Shown: positions 19,254 to 30,131, counted from the first letter of the stretch. The stretch: DNA of 64,000 nucleotides from an uncultured bacterium (GCA_965366065.1 CBDUDV010000014.1:141-64140), one strand, 5' to 3'. Numbers and translations: made by a program. Notes: a model not told the origin generated them from the sequence alone.

Positions 19254-22200
19254 GTGATAAAAATCATGCTCATCCTACACAGCTCCAACAAAACAGAAAA
19301 CCTCCTCGAACACCTCGCAGTTATTCTCAATACAGCGCCTTTATCCTCGCCTTTTGCTAAAGAAGTTTTTCTTATTCAAAGCCAAGGGATGGAGCGTTGG
19401 TTATCGCAACAATTAGCGTCACACTTTCAAGTATTCGCTAATTTCGATTTTTTATTTCCAGGAAAATTTTTTAGCCAAATGGCGCGACGAATTCAGCAGA
19501 AGCTATCGACCGATGTGTTTGTGCGCGAATTGATGGTTTGGCGCTTTGAATTATTATTACGTGATATCGAAGATCCTGTTTTTGCCCCCTTACAGCATTA
19601 TTTAAGTGGTGAAAATACTGAGTTAAAACGTTTCCAATTAGCAACTCATCTTGCACAGGTGTTTGACCAGTATCAAATGATGCGCCCGCAGTTATTAAGC
19701 GATTGGCAACGTGGTAAATTGCATTACAACAGTAATACTGAAAAATGGCAGCAGGCGCTGTGGTTAAAAATTACTGAGCAAACGCAGGAACAACATCGTG
19801 GTGCTTTATGGCTACAAGCGATTGAACAATTTAATCGCTTAGAAGAGGGGGCGTTAAGCGCGCAATTGCCTGAGCGAATTTCAGTGTTTGGTTTAAATAC
19901 TATGCCGCCGCTGTTCATGGAATTTTTACAAGGGCTATCACGGCATACCGATGTGCATTTTTATTTATTAAACCCTGCGCAAGCCTTTTGGGCGGATATC
20001 GTGAATAAAAAGCAGGCGGAGTTAGAAGGCTTTGAAAATGGCCATCCTTTATTAGCAAGCCTTGGGCAGCAAGGGCGCGAATTTCAGCAAATGCTATTAG
20101 ACCGTGCTTTTACCTTAGAGCTGGATAGTTTTGAAGAAAATACCGATAATTTAAGATTATTAGAGCACTTGCAAAATGATTTATTAAACAATGATAGCTT
20201 AGGCCAAAAGTTAGATAAAGATGACTCGATCAGCATACATTCGTGTCATTCTCGCTCGCGTGAAGTAGAAGTATTAAAAACGCAGTTATTACACGCGTTA
20301 GAAACCGATGCCGATTTAGAGTTGCGTGAAATTGTGGTGATGGCACCGAATATAGAGCAGTATGCACCGTTTATTAGTGCGGTTTTTGCAGATATTCAAC
20401 ACGGGATTGCCGATAAAAGTTTGCGTAGCAGCAACGCGACCTTAGATGCGTACTTAAAATTTTTGCGCTTAACACAGGGGCGGTTTGGCTGGCAGTCGGT
20501 TATCGATTTACTGGAACAAAAAGAGGTTTATAGCTGCTTTGGGCTGAATGAAACCGATGTGATTTTAATTCGTCATTGGGTCGCAGAAACACGCATACGC
20601 TGGGGAAAATCCGCACAACATAAAAAGCAATTGCAACTACCCGAGTCGGTTGAAAATACCTGGCAAGCGGGTTTAGATCGATTGTTAATGGGCTATGCGG
20701 TCGGTAGCGATGATGAGTTTTTTGCGGATGTATTGCCCTATTCTGAGGTTGAAGGCAATTCAGCCGATGCTTTAGGTGGCTTGTACGATTTCATTCAGCT
20801 GTTATTTAAAGCCAGTAAAGTTTTAGCGAAATCGTATAGCACTAAAGAATGGGCTGAGACTTTGCTTAAGTATGCAGAACTTCTTTTTCCTGCGGAAGCG
20901 ATGTCCTCAGAGCAGCAAGCAGAAAAGCTACAAATGAATGAAATTCTGCTAGAGCTGAGCTCAGAGATTAATGAAGTACATGATCAGCCCATTTCACTCT
21001 CGGTCATCATGGCGTGGCTAGATGGGCGCGTCACCGAAACAAAATCAGCAAATGGTTTTTTGCGCGGGCAACTTACTTTTTGCTCCATGTTACCTATGCG
21101 CTCCATTCCTTTTAAAGTGATTGCTTTGTTAGGCATGAATGAAGGTGAATTTCCACATACCGATCATCATCTCACCTTTGATTTATTAGCTAAAGATTTT
21201 CAGGCCGGTGACAGGTCGCGTCGTGCTGATGATCGTTATCAATTTTTAGAGATTCTATTATCTACACGAAAGCAGTTGATTATGACTTATATCGGCCAAT
21301 CGATGAGTGAAAATGAAGCGATTCCTGCTTCCGTTATTATCCAAGAATTATTGGACGTAATGCACTCGCATTATCAGATCGATCAATTTGTGATTCAGCA
21401 CCCCTTACAAAGTTTTAGTGCGGCTTATTTTTCTGGTCAGCCTGATTTGATGAGTTATAACCCGAATGATTTAGCTACAGCGAATGCTTTAAGGAAACCC
21501 GTTACTGAGAATAGCGTGTGGTGGCAAGGGCAGTTGAATACTGAGCTGGAAAAGCAGCTTGAAGTTCATGAACTGTTTGCTTTTTATCGCCATCCTCAGC
21601 GATATTTCCTACAAACACAATTACAACTGCATTTACAAAAAATTGAAGCAGAGGAGCCAGAAAGAGAGCTGTTTTCTCTACTAGGAATGGATAATTATGC
21701 CATCGACCATGAGTGGATAGAGGCTGGTTTACAAGATGAGAGTTTATCTTTAGCTAAATTAAAAGCACAAGGGCGCTGGATTTCAGGTGAACTAGGTGAA
21801 GTATTATTTGAGGAAAAACAGCAGGAAATAGCGCGGTTTGTCGAAAAAATACAGGCTAAGCAGGCGGGTGATCTCATCGAGCCAGTGGCTATTGATATGC
21901 AAGTGGCGGACGTTAGATTACAAGGTGTACTGGCACAGCAATACAGCCAAGATTGTTTGTTTTATCGCCATACGGCAATGAAAGGTAAAGATTTTATGCA
22001 GGCATGGATACAGCACTTAATTATGAATCGGGTGGAGAAAAAAACCACACATTTGATTAGTAAAGATGCTTTTATTAGTTTTCAGCCTGAGCATATTCAG
22101 ACGGATGATTTGGAGCGCGTACTGCAATTTTTTCAGCAAGGTCAATCTCAGCCCAATGCCTTTTTCACAGAAGCTGCGTTTAGTTATATTAAGCAACAAG

Positions 22201-22406
22201 CCGCATTAAAAACATCCACTAGAGCGAGTAAACCCGCAATAGAAGCCGCGAAAGAAAGTCTGCATAAATCTATAGAGCAAATTTTTGAGCCTGAGTTAAA
22301 ATTGCTGTATGAAAATGTGGAGATAGATAGCTTACTTAATGCTGAGTTTGAGGCGGTCTGTAATGAGCTATTATTACCTGCGTGGGAAGCGGCGCAAGCA
22401 GAATAA
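19254..22406 (+). CDS. recC: Exodeoxyribonuclease V gamma chain
   Basis: QSQGMERWL, FDQYQMMRP, SMLPMRSIPF, DDRYQFLE. Confidence 0.93.
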   Translation: MIKIMLILHSSNKTENLLEHLAVILNTAPLSSPFAKEVFLIQSQGMERWLSQQLASHFQVFANFDFLFPGKFFSQMARRIQQKLSTDVFVRELMVWRFELLLRDIEDPVFAPLQHYLSGENTELKRFQLATHLAQVFDQYQMMRPQLLSDWQRGKLHYNSNTEKWQQALWLKITEQTQEQHRGALWLQAIEQFNRLEEGALSAQLPERISVFGLNTMPPLFMEFLQGLSRHTDVHFYLLNPAQAFWADIVNKKQAELEGFENGHPLLASLGQQGREFQQMLLDRAFTLELDSFEENTDNLRLLEHLQNDLLNNDSLGQKLDKDDSISIHSCHSRSREVEVLKTQLLHALETDADLELREIVVMAPNIEQYAPFISAVFADIQHGIADKSLRSSNATLDAYLKFLRLTQGRFGWQSVIDLLEQKEVYSCFGLNETDVILIRHWVAETRIRWGKSAQHKKQLQLPESVENTWQAGLDRLLMGYAVGSDDEFFADVLPYSEVEGNSADALGGLYDFIQLLFKASKVLAKSYSTKEWAETLLKYAELLFPAEAMSSEQQAEKLQMNEILLELSSEINEVHDQPISLSVIMAWLDGRVTETKSANGFLRGQLTFCSMLPMRSIPFKVIALLGMNEGEFPHTDHHLTFDLLAKDFQAGDRSRRADDRYQFLEILLSTRKQLIMTYIGQSMSENEAIPASVIIQELLDVMHSHYQIDQFVIQHPLQSFSAAYFSGQPDLMSYNPNDLATANALRKPVTENSVWWQGQLNTELEKQLEVHELFAFYRHPQRYFLQTQLQLHLQKIEAEEPERELFSLLGMDNYAIDHEWIEAGLQDESLSLAKLKAQGRWISGELGEVLFEEKQQEIARFVEKIQAKQAGDLIEPVAIDMQVADVRLQGVLAQQYSQDCLFYRHTAMKGKDFMQAWIQHLIMNRVEKKTTHLISKDAFISFQPEHIQTDDLERVLQFFQQGQSQPNAFFTEAAFSYIKQQAALKTSTRASKPAIEAAKESLHKSIEQIFEPELKLLYENVEIDSLLNAEFEAVCNELLLPAWEAAQAE

Positions 22407-22416
22407 GGGACTAAAA

Positions 22417-22530
22417 ATGACTAATTTAGATAGTTTTGAGCAAGATATTTTAAATAGTATTGAAAATGATGAGTGGCAAAGCAAAGGTCATATACAGGCG
22501 CGTTTAGCTGAACTGCAGAGGTTTTTAAAA
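22417..22530 (+). pseudogene. Probable truncated CopG/RHH-type antitoxin N-terminus
   Basis: MTNLDSFEQDILNSIENDEW resembles antitoxin N-termini (from memory); the sequence switches to repeat-end DNA at 22531. Confidence 0.4.
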
Positions 22531-22850
22531 GCTGATGTTAGGCAGGTGAGTGGAAAAGCACGTTTTCCCATGGCAGCGTATAAATCATTAACTGATGTTA
22601 CGCAAAACAGCTAACAATACAGAGGTTCTTATCTGGTGCGAAGGCTTTACATAATACTGTGTGAAAATAGTTTTTTCACCTATGCTAAAAACAAAGTAAG
22701 CATAGCTATCGTAGCCCGTATGGAGGTACGGAATACGGGATAAACAGTGCGTCGAATTCCCGTATTGCGCAAGCTTCATACGGGCTACTGATGTAGCCTA
22801 GTTGTAATCTTTATATAATCACCTGAGTCCAATTAAAGCAACGTTAGAAG
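22531..22850. mobile_element. Second member of the ACTGATGTT-ended element family, with REP doublet
   Basis: GCTGATGTTAGGCAG at 22531; TA-ACTGATGTTACGCA at 22591; REPIN at 22711-22788; right end degenerate or uncertain. Confidence 0.5.
22711..22788. repeat. GTAG-type REP doublet, inverted copy of 4143-4220
   Basis: Direct sequence comparison. Confidence 0.85.
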
Positions 22851-22893
22851 AAATCATTCAGTTGCATAAATAGTCATAAAATAAGAGCAAGCT

Positions 22894-25800
22894 ATGTCCA
22901 CCGCAGAAACTTTCAACCCCATATCCACGCCACTACAACAAGGCATTAGTTTATTAGAAGCCAGTGCAGGCACAGGTAAAACTTACGCGATTGCCATGCT
23001 AGCCTTACGTTTCGTAGTAGAAAAGGATTTAGCGATTGATAAAATCCTAATTGTTACCTTTACCAAAGCGGCGACTAAAGAATTAAAAGAACGCGTGCGT
23101 GCGCGATTAGCCGAAGCGAAAGCTTATTTATCGGGGCAAGACGTAGGCATCGATGAAAACGTCATCTCGTGGGCAGAAGCACTTATATTGTCTGGCGAGC
23201 TGGATGTTGAATTAATGCTTAAACGCATTAACACGGCTTTATTAAGCATAGACCAAGCGGGTATATTTACTATTCATGGCTTTTGTCAGCGCTTATTAAA
23301 AGAGCATGCTTTAGAAAGTGGGCAGATGTTTGATGTAGAGCTGAGTGATGAAGTAGCGAGTGTACGCCAGCAATTAGTCGATGATTTTTGGCGTATGCAA
23401 ATTTATCCGCGCCCCGCTTGGCACGTCGCCTTGTTATGTCATGAGCATAAAACGCCTGATGAATTATTAAATAGCTTAGGAAATGTTTCTACGCAATTAA
23501 AAATCTTGCCGGATAATGCGGTTTTAGATGAGCTGTTTCCTAAAATTGAAGGCTTGATAGAACAAGCACACGAGGTTTTAAATCGGCGTGGCGATGAAAT
23601 ACAAGCAGGGATAAACGCGGGCTATTTTAAAAAAACCTATCATAAAAAATTTGCGGCTAGTTACTCAGTACTTAAAGCTTGGTTAGCGGAAATGAGTTCG
23701 GAGACTAAAGGCACAAGTCCCCGTCCGAGTGATAGTTGTTTTGCCTGTTTTAGTGCGCAGACCTTTGAAAAAGAATTAGTTAAAGCGGGTAAAGGAAAAA
23801 TTGCTTTTGATAACCCTGTCTTTGACCAGTTATTACTACACATACAACAAGTCAGCTTAAGCTTGCGGCGTAATTTGGCGCAAGCGCTACAAGAAGGCTT
23901 AGATATTAAGTTACAACAGCTTAATATTATGTCGCACGATAGTTTAATTACGCGTACTTCAGAAGCAATAGAAGCTGAAGGCGGCGATTTATTAATTAAG
24001 GCATTGGGTCAGCAATATAGTATTGCCTTAATTGATGAATTCCAAGATACCGATCAGACGCAATGGCATATATTCTCGCGTTTATTTGCATCGTCCGAAC
24101 AAGCCTTATATTTAATTGGCGACCCTAAGCAGGCGATTTATAAATTCCGTGGCGCGGATATACATACTTATTTATCCGCTAAACAGCAAGCAACACAGCA
24201 CTATACCTTGGCGCATAATTGGCGTTCGCAGCCTAATTTAGTGGAAGCGATTAACCAATTATTTTTATTAAATGATCAGCCATTTGTATTTTCAGGTTTA
24301 GATTTTAATGCCGTTGCGCCGGCGTTAACGGCTGAACAAGGGACGCTAACGCAGAATGATGCCATATTACCTCCTTTGGCAATATGGCAGCTAGAAGAAA
24401 GTAAGGATAAAAATGGCCATTGGAGTAGTGGTAAAGCCGCAGAGGCATTAAAGCACTCAATATGTAATGAAGTGTTGCATTTGCTGACAGCGAATGTACG
24501 TTTAAAAAAAGAGGCAGATGAGCGTGCGTTAAAACCGGCTGATATTGCGATTTTAGTGCGTAGTAATGTGCATGCCAGTTTGTATCAAGCGGCTTTAAAA
24601 GAGCTCAATATTCCTGCCATTATTAACAGTAGCGATTCTGTTTTTAAGCAAGATGAGGCGCATTATTTACACCGTCTGATGCAAGCTTTAGCGGCTCCCG
24701 GTGATTTAGACTGTTTAAAGCAAGCCTTAACCTTGCCGTGGTTTGCTTTAGATGGGCAGCAATTGAACCAGCTATTAGATAATGAAATTCAGTTAAGCAT
24801 GTGGATGGAGCGTGTGCAAAATTATCATTTGTTATGGCAGAAAAAAGGCTTTATGCCGATGATGCTAAGCTTAATAAGCCAAGAGCAAGTGCTGGTTAAT
24901 ATTGCAAAAACACCCGCTGCAGAAAGACAAATCACCGATTTACAGCATTTATTAGAACTCATACAGCAAGCGAGCTTAGATGAGCATTTAGGCTTACATA
25001 AAACCATTGCTTGGTTAGAAAGTGCAATTACAGCAACAACAGGAACAGATGAACAGCAACTGCGTTTAGAAAGTGATGCTGATGCAGTTAAAGTCGTGAC
25101 CACGCATCGCTCTAAAGGATTGGAATATCCGGTGGTTTTTTGTCCTTACCTCTGGGATAGAAAAAATAAACTGGCCAGCGAAAAACAGTTGATCAATTGC
25201 CATAAAGACGGCGAAATGATTGCGGACTTAGGCTCGGAACAGTTTAATGAGCATAGAGAAATTGCGATAGAAGAAGAGTTGGCAGAAGATTTACGCCTGC
25301 TATATGTGGCGTTAACACGCGCCAAATATCGTTGTTATACACCGTGGATTAATGTGCGCAGTGAGAAAAAAGCGAATCAATCTGCGTTTGCTTATTTATT
25401 ATCAGCCAGCGAAAGTTTTGCCGGATATGATTTTTCTGAACAGCAACAGTTTTTACAAGACCTTGCAGCACAGCATCCGAATTATTTTTCTTATGATTTG
25501 ATTACGGCTGAATGCGAAATCAATGAAAGCTATCAGCCTAGTGCTAATGATGCAGAACTGACTGTTTTAGCTCAGACACGCGTGTTATATACCCCGTGGC
25601 AAATGAGCAGTTACAGCTCTTTAGCCTATTTAAGCCTGCATGAAAGTTCCGAATTGCCGTTAGATAAAGCGGAAGAGTTACATGATGATGTATTGCCGGT
25701 TGAAGCCGAAATACTGAATTTAGCCAAAGGCGCGCATACGGGGAATGTACTGCATGAATTACTCGAATATTGCCGCTTTAAAAACTTAGCAGAACGCGAC

Positions 25801-26403
25801 GATATTAGTGAATTAAGAGAGTCAGCCTGCCAGCGATATGGCTTAAAAGTCGATGACCCTGAAGTGATTAATGAACTGCTTTATCAGGCAGTCAGCACGC
25901 CATTAAGTAATGATGATGAGAACTTTTATTTGGCAAATATTAAAGAGCCGGCTTGCTTAAAAGAAATGCCGTTTTATTTAAGTTTGGCAGATTGTTCAAC
26001 GCAAAAGATCAATCGTTTATTAGCATCAGAACCGACGTACCAGAGTCTGTCAGCCAAACAGATGCAAGGCTATTTAACCGGGTTTATTGATTTAATCTGT
26101 GAATATGACGGACGCTATTATGTGATGGATTATAAAAGTAATGCCTTAGCTGATTATAAACAAGCCAGTTTGGTAGCTGCAATGCACGAGCATAATTACG
26201 GATTGCAATATTGGATTTATAGCGTCGTGTTGCATTTATACCTGCAACAACGCTTAGAAAATTACCAATTTCTCGAACATTTTGGGGGTGTACGTTATTT
26301 GTTTTTACGTGGCATGAAAAAGGATGTAGCCATGAGTGGTGTTTTTAGTGATTTACCTGATGAGCAAATATTAGACGAATTAAGTGCAGTATTTTCTGAA
26401 TAA
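22894..26403 (+). CDS. recB: Exodeoxyribonuclease V beta chain
   Basis: EASAGTGKT Walker A, DEFQDT, HRSKGLE, nuclease motif GFIDL...DYKS. Confidence 0.95.
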   Translation: MSTAETFNPISTPLQQGISLLEASAGTGKTYAIAMLALRFVVEKDLAIDKILIVTFTKAATKELKERVRARLAEAKAYLSGQDVGIDENVISWAEALILSGELDVELMLKRINTALLSIDQAGIFTIHGFCQRLLKEHALESGQMFDVELSDEVASVRQQLVDDFWRMQIYPRPAWHVALLCHEHKTPDELLNSLGNVSTQLKILPDNAVLDELFPKIEGLIEQAHEVLNRRGDEIQAGINAGYFKKTYHKKFAASYSVLKAWLAEMSSETKGTSPRPSDSCFACFSAQTFEKELVKAGKGKIAFDNPVFDQLLLHIQQVSLSLRRNLAQALQEGLDIKLQQLNIMSHDSLITRTSEAIEAEGGDLLIKALGQQYSIALIDEFQDTDQTQWHIFSRLFASSEQALYLIGDPKQAIYKFRGADIHTYLSAKQQATQHYTLAHNWRSQPNLVEAINQLFLLNDQPFVFSGLDFNAVAPALTAEQGTLTQNDAILPPLAIWQLEESKDKNGHWSSGKAAEALKHSICNEVLHLLTANVRLKKEADERALKPADIAILVRSNVHASLYQAALKELNIPAIINSSDSVFKQDEAHYLHRLMQALAAPGDLDCLKQALTLPWFALDGQQLNQLLDNEIQLSMWMERVQNYHLLWQKKGFMPMMLSLISQEQVLVNIAKTPAAERQITDLQHLLELIQQASLDEHLGLHKTIAWLESAITATTGTDEQQLRLESDADAVKVVTTHRSKGLEYPVVFCPYLWDRKNKLASEKQLINCHKDGEMIADLGSEQFNEHREIAIEEELAEDLRLLYVALTRAKYRCYTPWINVRSEKKANQSAFAYLLSASESFAGYDFSEQQQFLQDLAAQHPNYFSYDLITAECEINESYQPSANDAELTVLAQTRVLYTPWQMSSYSSLAYLSLHESSELPLDKAEELHDDVLPVEAEILNLAKGAHTGNVLHELLEYCRFKNLAERDDISELRESACQRYGLKVDDPEVINELLYQAVSTPLSNDDENFYLANIKEPACLKEMPFYLSLADCSTQKINRLLASEPTYQSLSAKQMQGYLTGFIDLICEYDGRYYVMDYKSNALADYKQASLVAAMHEHNYGLQYWIYSVVLHLYLQQRLENYQFLEHFGGVRYLFLRGMKKDVAMSGVFSDLPDEQILDELSAVFSE

Positions 26404-26460
26404 TTCAGTATAGTAATTGGGGTTATTTGTTGTAGCTAGAAAAATAAATTAGGAGCAAAA

Positions 26461-26856
26461 ATGGAAGTTTTATTATTTGGTGCAGTGGCTTGTATGGCGG
26501 CTTTAATCTTATCCGCCTGGTTGATGACCTTTGCGAGATGGTTTCCCATTGAAGGAATCGATGAAAAGTTTTTAGTAGATTATAAAACCATGATTCGTGC
26601 ACATATTGATTTTGCCTTGATGGCATTATTCAATATAGGATTTTATGCATCAGGTGTTGAGTTACCCATACTCGCTTGCTGGTGTGTTGCGGTAGGGGGT
26701 TTTACTAACCCGAGTGTTTTTGTTGTTGCGGCGTTTGATCCTGAGTTTTGGGATAAAAAAATATGGCGAATTTTATCGGCAATTAGCTTTGTGATTACGA
26801 CAGTGGGATTTGTCGGTGTGGGTATTGCGTTTGTTCAGCATGCCTTACAGGCTTAG
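26461..26856 (+). CDS. Four-TM membrane protein, possibly StyC (styrene oxide isomerase)-like
   Basis: Hydrophobic; IRAHIDFALM and GGFTNP resemble StyC ARAHSGPALN and DGWSN (from memory). Confidence 0.5.
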   Translation: MEVLLFGAVACMAALILSAWLMTFARWFPIEGIDEKFLVDYKTMIRAHIDFALMALFNIGFYASGVELPILACWCVAVGGFTNPSVFVVAAFDPEFWDKKIWRILSAISFVITTVGFVGVGIAFVQHALQA

Positions 26857-26938
26857 CGTTAAGTGGACTAATAAAAATAGTTGATAAATCGTATTAGCGC
26901 CTGTTTATTTACGGCGCTATTAGTAAAGGAGTTTTATT

Positions 26939-28321
26939 TTGCAACAATCTGTCACTTTCGATCTTGATCTTATTCGCCGTTACGATAAAGCTGGGCCACG
27001 TTATACTTCTTACCCCACAGCCGTTGAATTTAGTGAAGATTTCACAGCCAATCATTACCGCGAGCAGATAGCGATATCAAACCAACGTGGTGGGCCTTTG
27101 TCGTTGTATTTTCATATACCGTTTTGCGATACTGTTTGTTATTACTGCGCTTGCAATAAAATTATCACCAAAAATAGAGATCATGCTGTTCCTTATTTAG
27201 CTAATTTACACAAAGAAATTAAGCTGCAAGGCGAGTTGTTTGATTCTAATCGAGTGGTTGAACAACTTCACTGGGGCGGCGGTACACCCACATTTATTAG
27301 TCATGAGCAAATGCGTGAATTAATGGCAGTCACACGTGAAGCATTTAATTTGGCTGAGAATGATCAAGGTGAGTTTTCGATAGAAATTGATCCGCGTGAA
27401 GCAACCGCTGAAACTATTAAAGTGTTACGTGAGGTTGGCTTTAATCGCATTAGTTTAGGCGTGCAAGATTTTAATTCCATCGTACAAAAAGCAGTCAATC
27501 GTATACAAACGGAAGCAGAGACTTTTGCAGTGATTGATGCGGCGAGAGAGAATGGTTTTCGTTCGGTGAGTTTAGATTTAATTTATGGCTTGCCACATCA
27601 AACCCCTGCCAGTTTTGCGGAGACTTTAGCTAAAGTGATCGCAGTTAATCCCGATCGATTATCGGTGTTTAATTATGCGCATTTACCCGAGCGCTTTAAA
27701 GTGCAACGGCAAATGAATGATGCAGATATGCCGACGCCTGCTGTGAAATTAGCGATTTTACAACAATCGATCAAACAGCTGACGGATGCCGGTTATGTGT
27801 ATATCGGTATGGATCATTTTGCGAAACCCGATGATGAATTAGCCGTCGCGCAACGCGAAAATAAACTGTATCGAAATTTCCAAGGTTACTCCACGCATTC
27901 AGAGTGTGATTTGATTGGTCTCGGCGTAACTTCAATTGGCAGTGTTGGCGATTCTTACTCACAAAATCGTCGCACCCTAGAAGAATACAATGCTAGCCTG
28001 GCTAATGATGAACTACCGGTTTTTAGGGGCTTTACTTTGAATGACGATGACAAAGTGCGCCGCGTCGTCATTACTAAGCTGATCTGCCATTTTTCATTAG
28101 ATATAACCGCGATAGAGAAGCAATTGAACATTAACTTTGCTGACTATTTTGCTGAAGAGTTGCCGCAGTTAGAGCAGTTTGCAAAAGATGGCTTGTTAAT
28201 CCATAACGCAGAAAAAATTGAAGTACTACCGGCAGGGCATTTGTTAATCCGTAATATTTGTATGGCGTTTGATAAGTATATGCAACAAAAACAAGGTACG
28301 AATTTTTCTAAAGTAATTTAG
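26939..28321 (+). CDS. hemN: Oxygen-independent coproporphyrinogen III oxidase
   Basis: GPRYTSYPTA, CxxxCxxC (CDTVCYYC), YRNFQGY; TTG start after AAGGAG. Confidence 0.95.
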   Translation: MQQSVTFDLDLIRRYDKAGPRYTSYPTAVEFSEDFTANHYREQIAISNQRGGPLSLYFHIPFCDTVCYYCACNKIITKNRDHAVPYLANLHKEIKLQGELFDSNRVVEQLHWGGGTPTFISHEQMRELMAVTREAFNLAENDQGEFSIEIDPREATAETIKVLREVGFNRISLGVQDFNSIVQKAVNRIQTEAETFAVIDAARENGFRSVSLDLIYGLPHQTPASFAETLAKVIAVNPDRLSVFNYAHLPERFKVQRQMNDADMPTPAVKLAILQQSIKQLTDAGYVYIGMDHFAKPDDELAVAQRENKLYRNFQGYSTHSECDLIGLGVTSIGSVGDSYSQNRRTLEEYNASLANDELPVFRGFTLNDDDKVRRVVITKLICHFSLDITAIEKQLNINFADYFAEELPQLEQFAKDGLLIHNAEKIEVLPAGHLLIRNICMAFDKYMQQKQGTNFSKVI

Positions 28322-28505
28322 CAAGAGCAGGCATGAGTTTGTAGAATACATAAGTTGCTAGTAATACATTAATATGAAAATGCTAGTCTCGTGCTGGTGT
28401 AGTTAACTATCCTGAGTAGGAGGATTTGCATGCGTTGTTATGCATGCAAAATTAGCTTATGTATGCGGATAAATAGCAAATGAAAGTGAGATAAAGTAAG
28501 CCATT

Positions 28506-30131
28506 ATGATAATGGTGAATAAAGGAGAGGTAGAGATGATAAAAAACATTTTACAAAGCTGGAAGAGTCAATGGCCAACAATACATTCGACTAAACCCTT
28601 AGCTATCGACGAAGGCGTGATTGATCAAGGCGCGTTTAATGCGATTGAAGTGGGTGAGTTATTTGATACCGTAAATCAAGCCAGTACGATAGCGGGACAA
28701 GCGGTTTTATATCGGTCTTTAACGCAGCCCTCTGCCTCTGTTGTCGAGATTCAAGCCAAGCAAGATGCAGTCAAAGAAATTCAAGAAAATCCGGCTATTC
28801 GTGAGAACTTAGAGCGTATTGTGGCGAATGCGGCTACCACTGAAAACCATTTATATGTTTTGCTGTTTGGTGAGTTTTTAGGTGCGTTAGGTACGGCGCG
28901 CGAAAGCAAGCAAATTGAAGGCTATGGCCACCGCCAATATCGTCGTGGAATGCGATTTGTTGAGGATTTAACCGGCGCTATCTATGCTTCTAGCAATCCT
29001 GAAAGTACCTACCTGCAAAGTATTTTTAATAAAATAAATGGTTTTTCAAAAAGCCGTGTTCATTCCTTAATGATCGGGCCTGTTTATAATACGGAAAAAG
29101 GCTTTAAAACTAAAGAAGAGCGTAAAGGTGTCTTTACACCGGCAACGATCTTTCAGCCTAGCGTGTTTAAACCCTTATTGATCTTATCGCTGATTGTGGG
29201 CGTGGGCATCTTATCGCAAATGGTAACTTACAGCATTCCGGGCTTATCTTTTAGCACGGGTGGAATTTCGGGGGCGATTTTTGCACCACTGTTATTAGCT
29301 TATTTCCCGATTATAGGGTCATACGATCGAGATAACTGCATTATTCCATTGCGCAATGAGTTTAAAGAATCAGAAGAATTAGGCGATGCATTAGATGCTT
29401 TGGGGCAGATAGATGAATTATTAGCCTTTATTAAATTTTCTGAAAGTTTCGGTTCTGATATGGTGTTACCTACGATGGTAGAGAGCGAGCACCACAGCAT
29501 CAACCTTAAACAAGCAAAAAATCCCGTATTAGGCATGCGCAGCGATGGGTATGTCGGTAATGATTTTGTTTTAGAAAACGATAAACTGGTGTTTATAACC
29601 GGGCCAAATAGTGGCGGTAAAACGGCTTTTTGTAAAACGGTGACGCAGATTCAGCTGTTAGCGCAAATTGGCTGTTATGTGCCAGCGGAGTTAGCCACAA
29701 TGAGTGTTGCGGATAAAATAATTTATCAAGCCCCTGAAATTAGTCATCTTGATGATGGGGAAGGGCGCTTTGGCACGGAATTAAAGCGTACACGTGATAT
29801 CTTTTTAGCAACTACGGCAAAAAGCTTTGTAGTTTTAGATGAGCTTTCTGAAGGCACCACTTTTGAAGAAAAAATGGAATCATCGGGTAATGTATTAGAT
29901 GGTTTTTATCGCAAAGGAAACAATACTTTATTAATTACCCACAATCATCAATTGGTGGATGTGTTTATTAATAAAAGAGAAGGGGTAGCGAAACAGGTTG
30001 AGTTTGTGAATGATGCGCCTAGCTATCGCTTAATCGAGGGTATCTCGCGAGTGAGTCATGCCGATAGAGTGGCGAAGAAAATAGGCTTTTCTAAACAAGA
30101 TATCGATAATTATTTGGCGGATTCAAAATAA
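28506..30131 (+). CDS. MutS-related ATPase (domain V) with TM segments
   Basis: GPNSGGKT Walker A; LDELSEGT; ITHNH. Confidence 0.8.
   Translation: MIMVNKGEVEMIKNILQSWKSQWPTIHSTKPLAIDEGVIDQGAFNAIEVGELFDTVNQASTIAGQAVLYRSLTQPSASVVEIQAKQDAVKEIQENPAIRENLERIVANAATTENHLYVLLFGEFLGALGTARESKQIEGYGHRQYRRGMRFVEDLTGAIYASSNPESTYLQSIFNKINGFSKSRVHSLMIGPVYNTEKGFKTKEERKGVFTPATIFQPSVFKPLLILSLIVGVGILSQMVTYSIPGLSFSTGGISGAIFAPLLLAYFPIIGSYDRDNCIIPLRNEFKESEELGDALDALGQIDELLAFIKFSESFGSDMVLPTMVESEHHSINLKQAKNPVLGMRSDGYVGNDFVLENDKLVFITGPNSGGKTAFCKTVTQIQLLAQIGCYVPAELATMSVADKIIYQAPEISHLDDGEGRFGTELKRTRDIFLATTAKSFVVLDELSEGTTFEEKMESSGNVLDGFYRKGNNTLLITHNHQLVDVFINKREGVAKQVEFVNDAPSYRLIEGISRVSHADRVAKKIGFSKQDIDNYLADSK

Noticed and set aside
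22525-22620. Integron attC/attI site suggested by GTTAGGC, GTTACGC and CTAAC
   Set aside because: No integrase, no cassette array and no attC-type fold; the motifs are better explained as element ends also seen at 4065 and 4317.
22588-22779. 63-aa ORF on the minus strand
   Set aside because: It is a translation of the REP doublet and its flank; the same DNA occurs at 4143-4257.
26860-26938. FNR box upstream of hemN (TTGATAAATCGT)
   Set aside because: Spacing and second half-site do not fit TTGAT-N4-ATCAA.
28424-28450. Palindrome TTTGCATGC-N8-GCATGCAAA between hemN and the mutS-like gene
   Set aside because: Single occurrence; it may be a terminator or operator but cannot be assigned.
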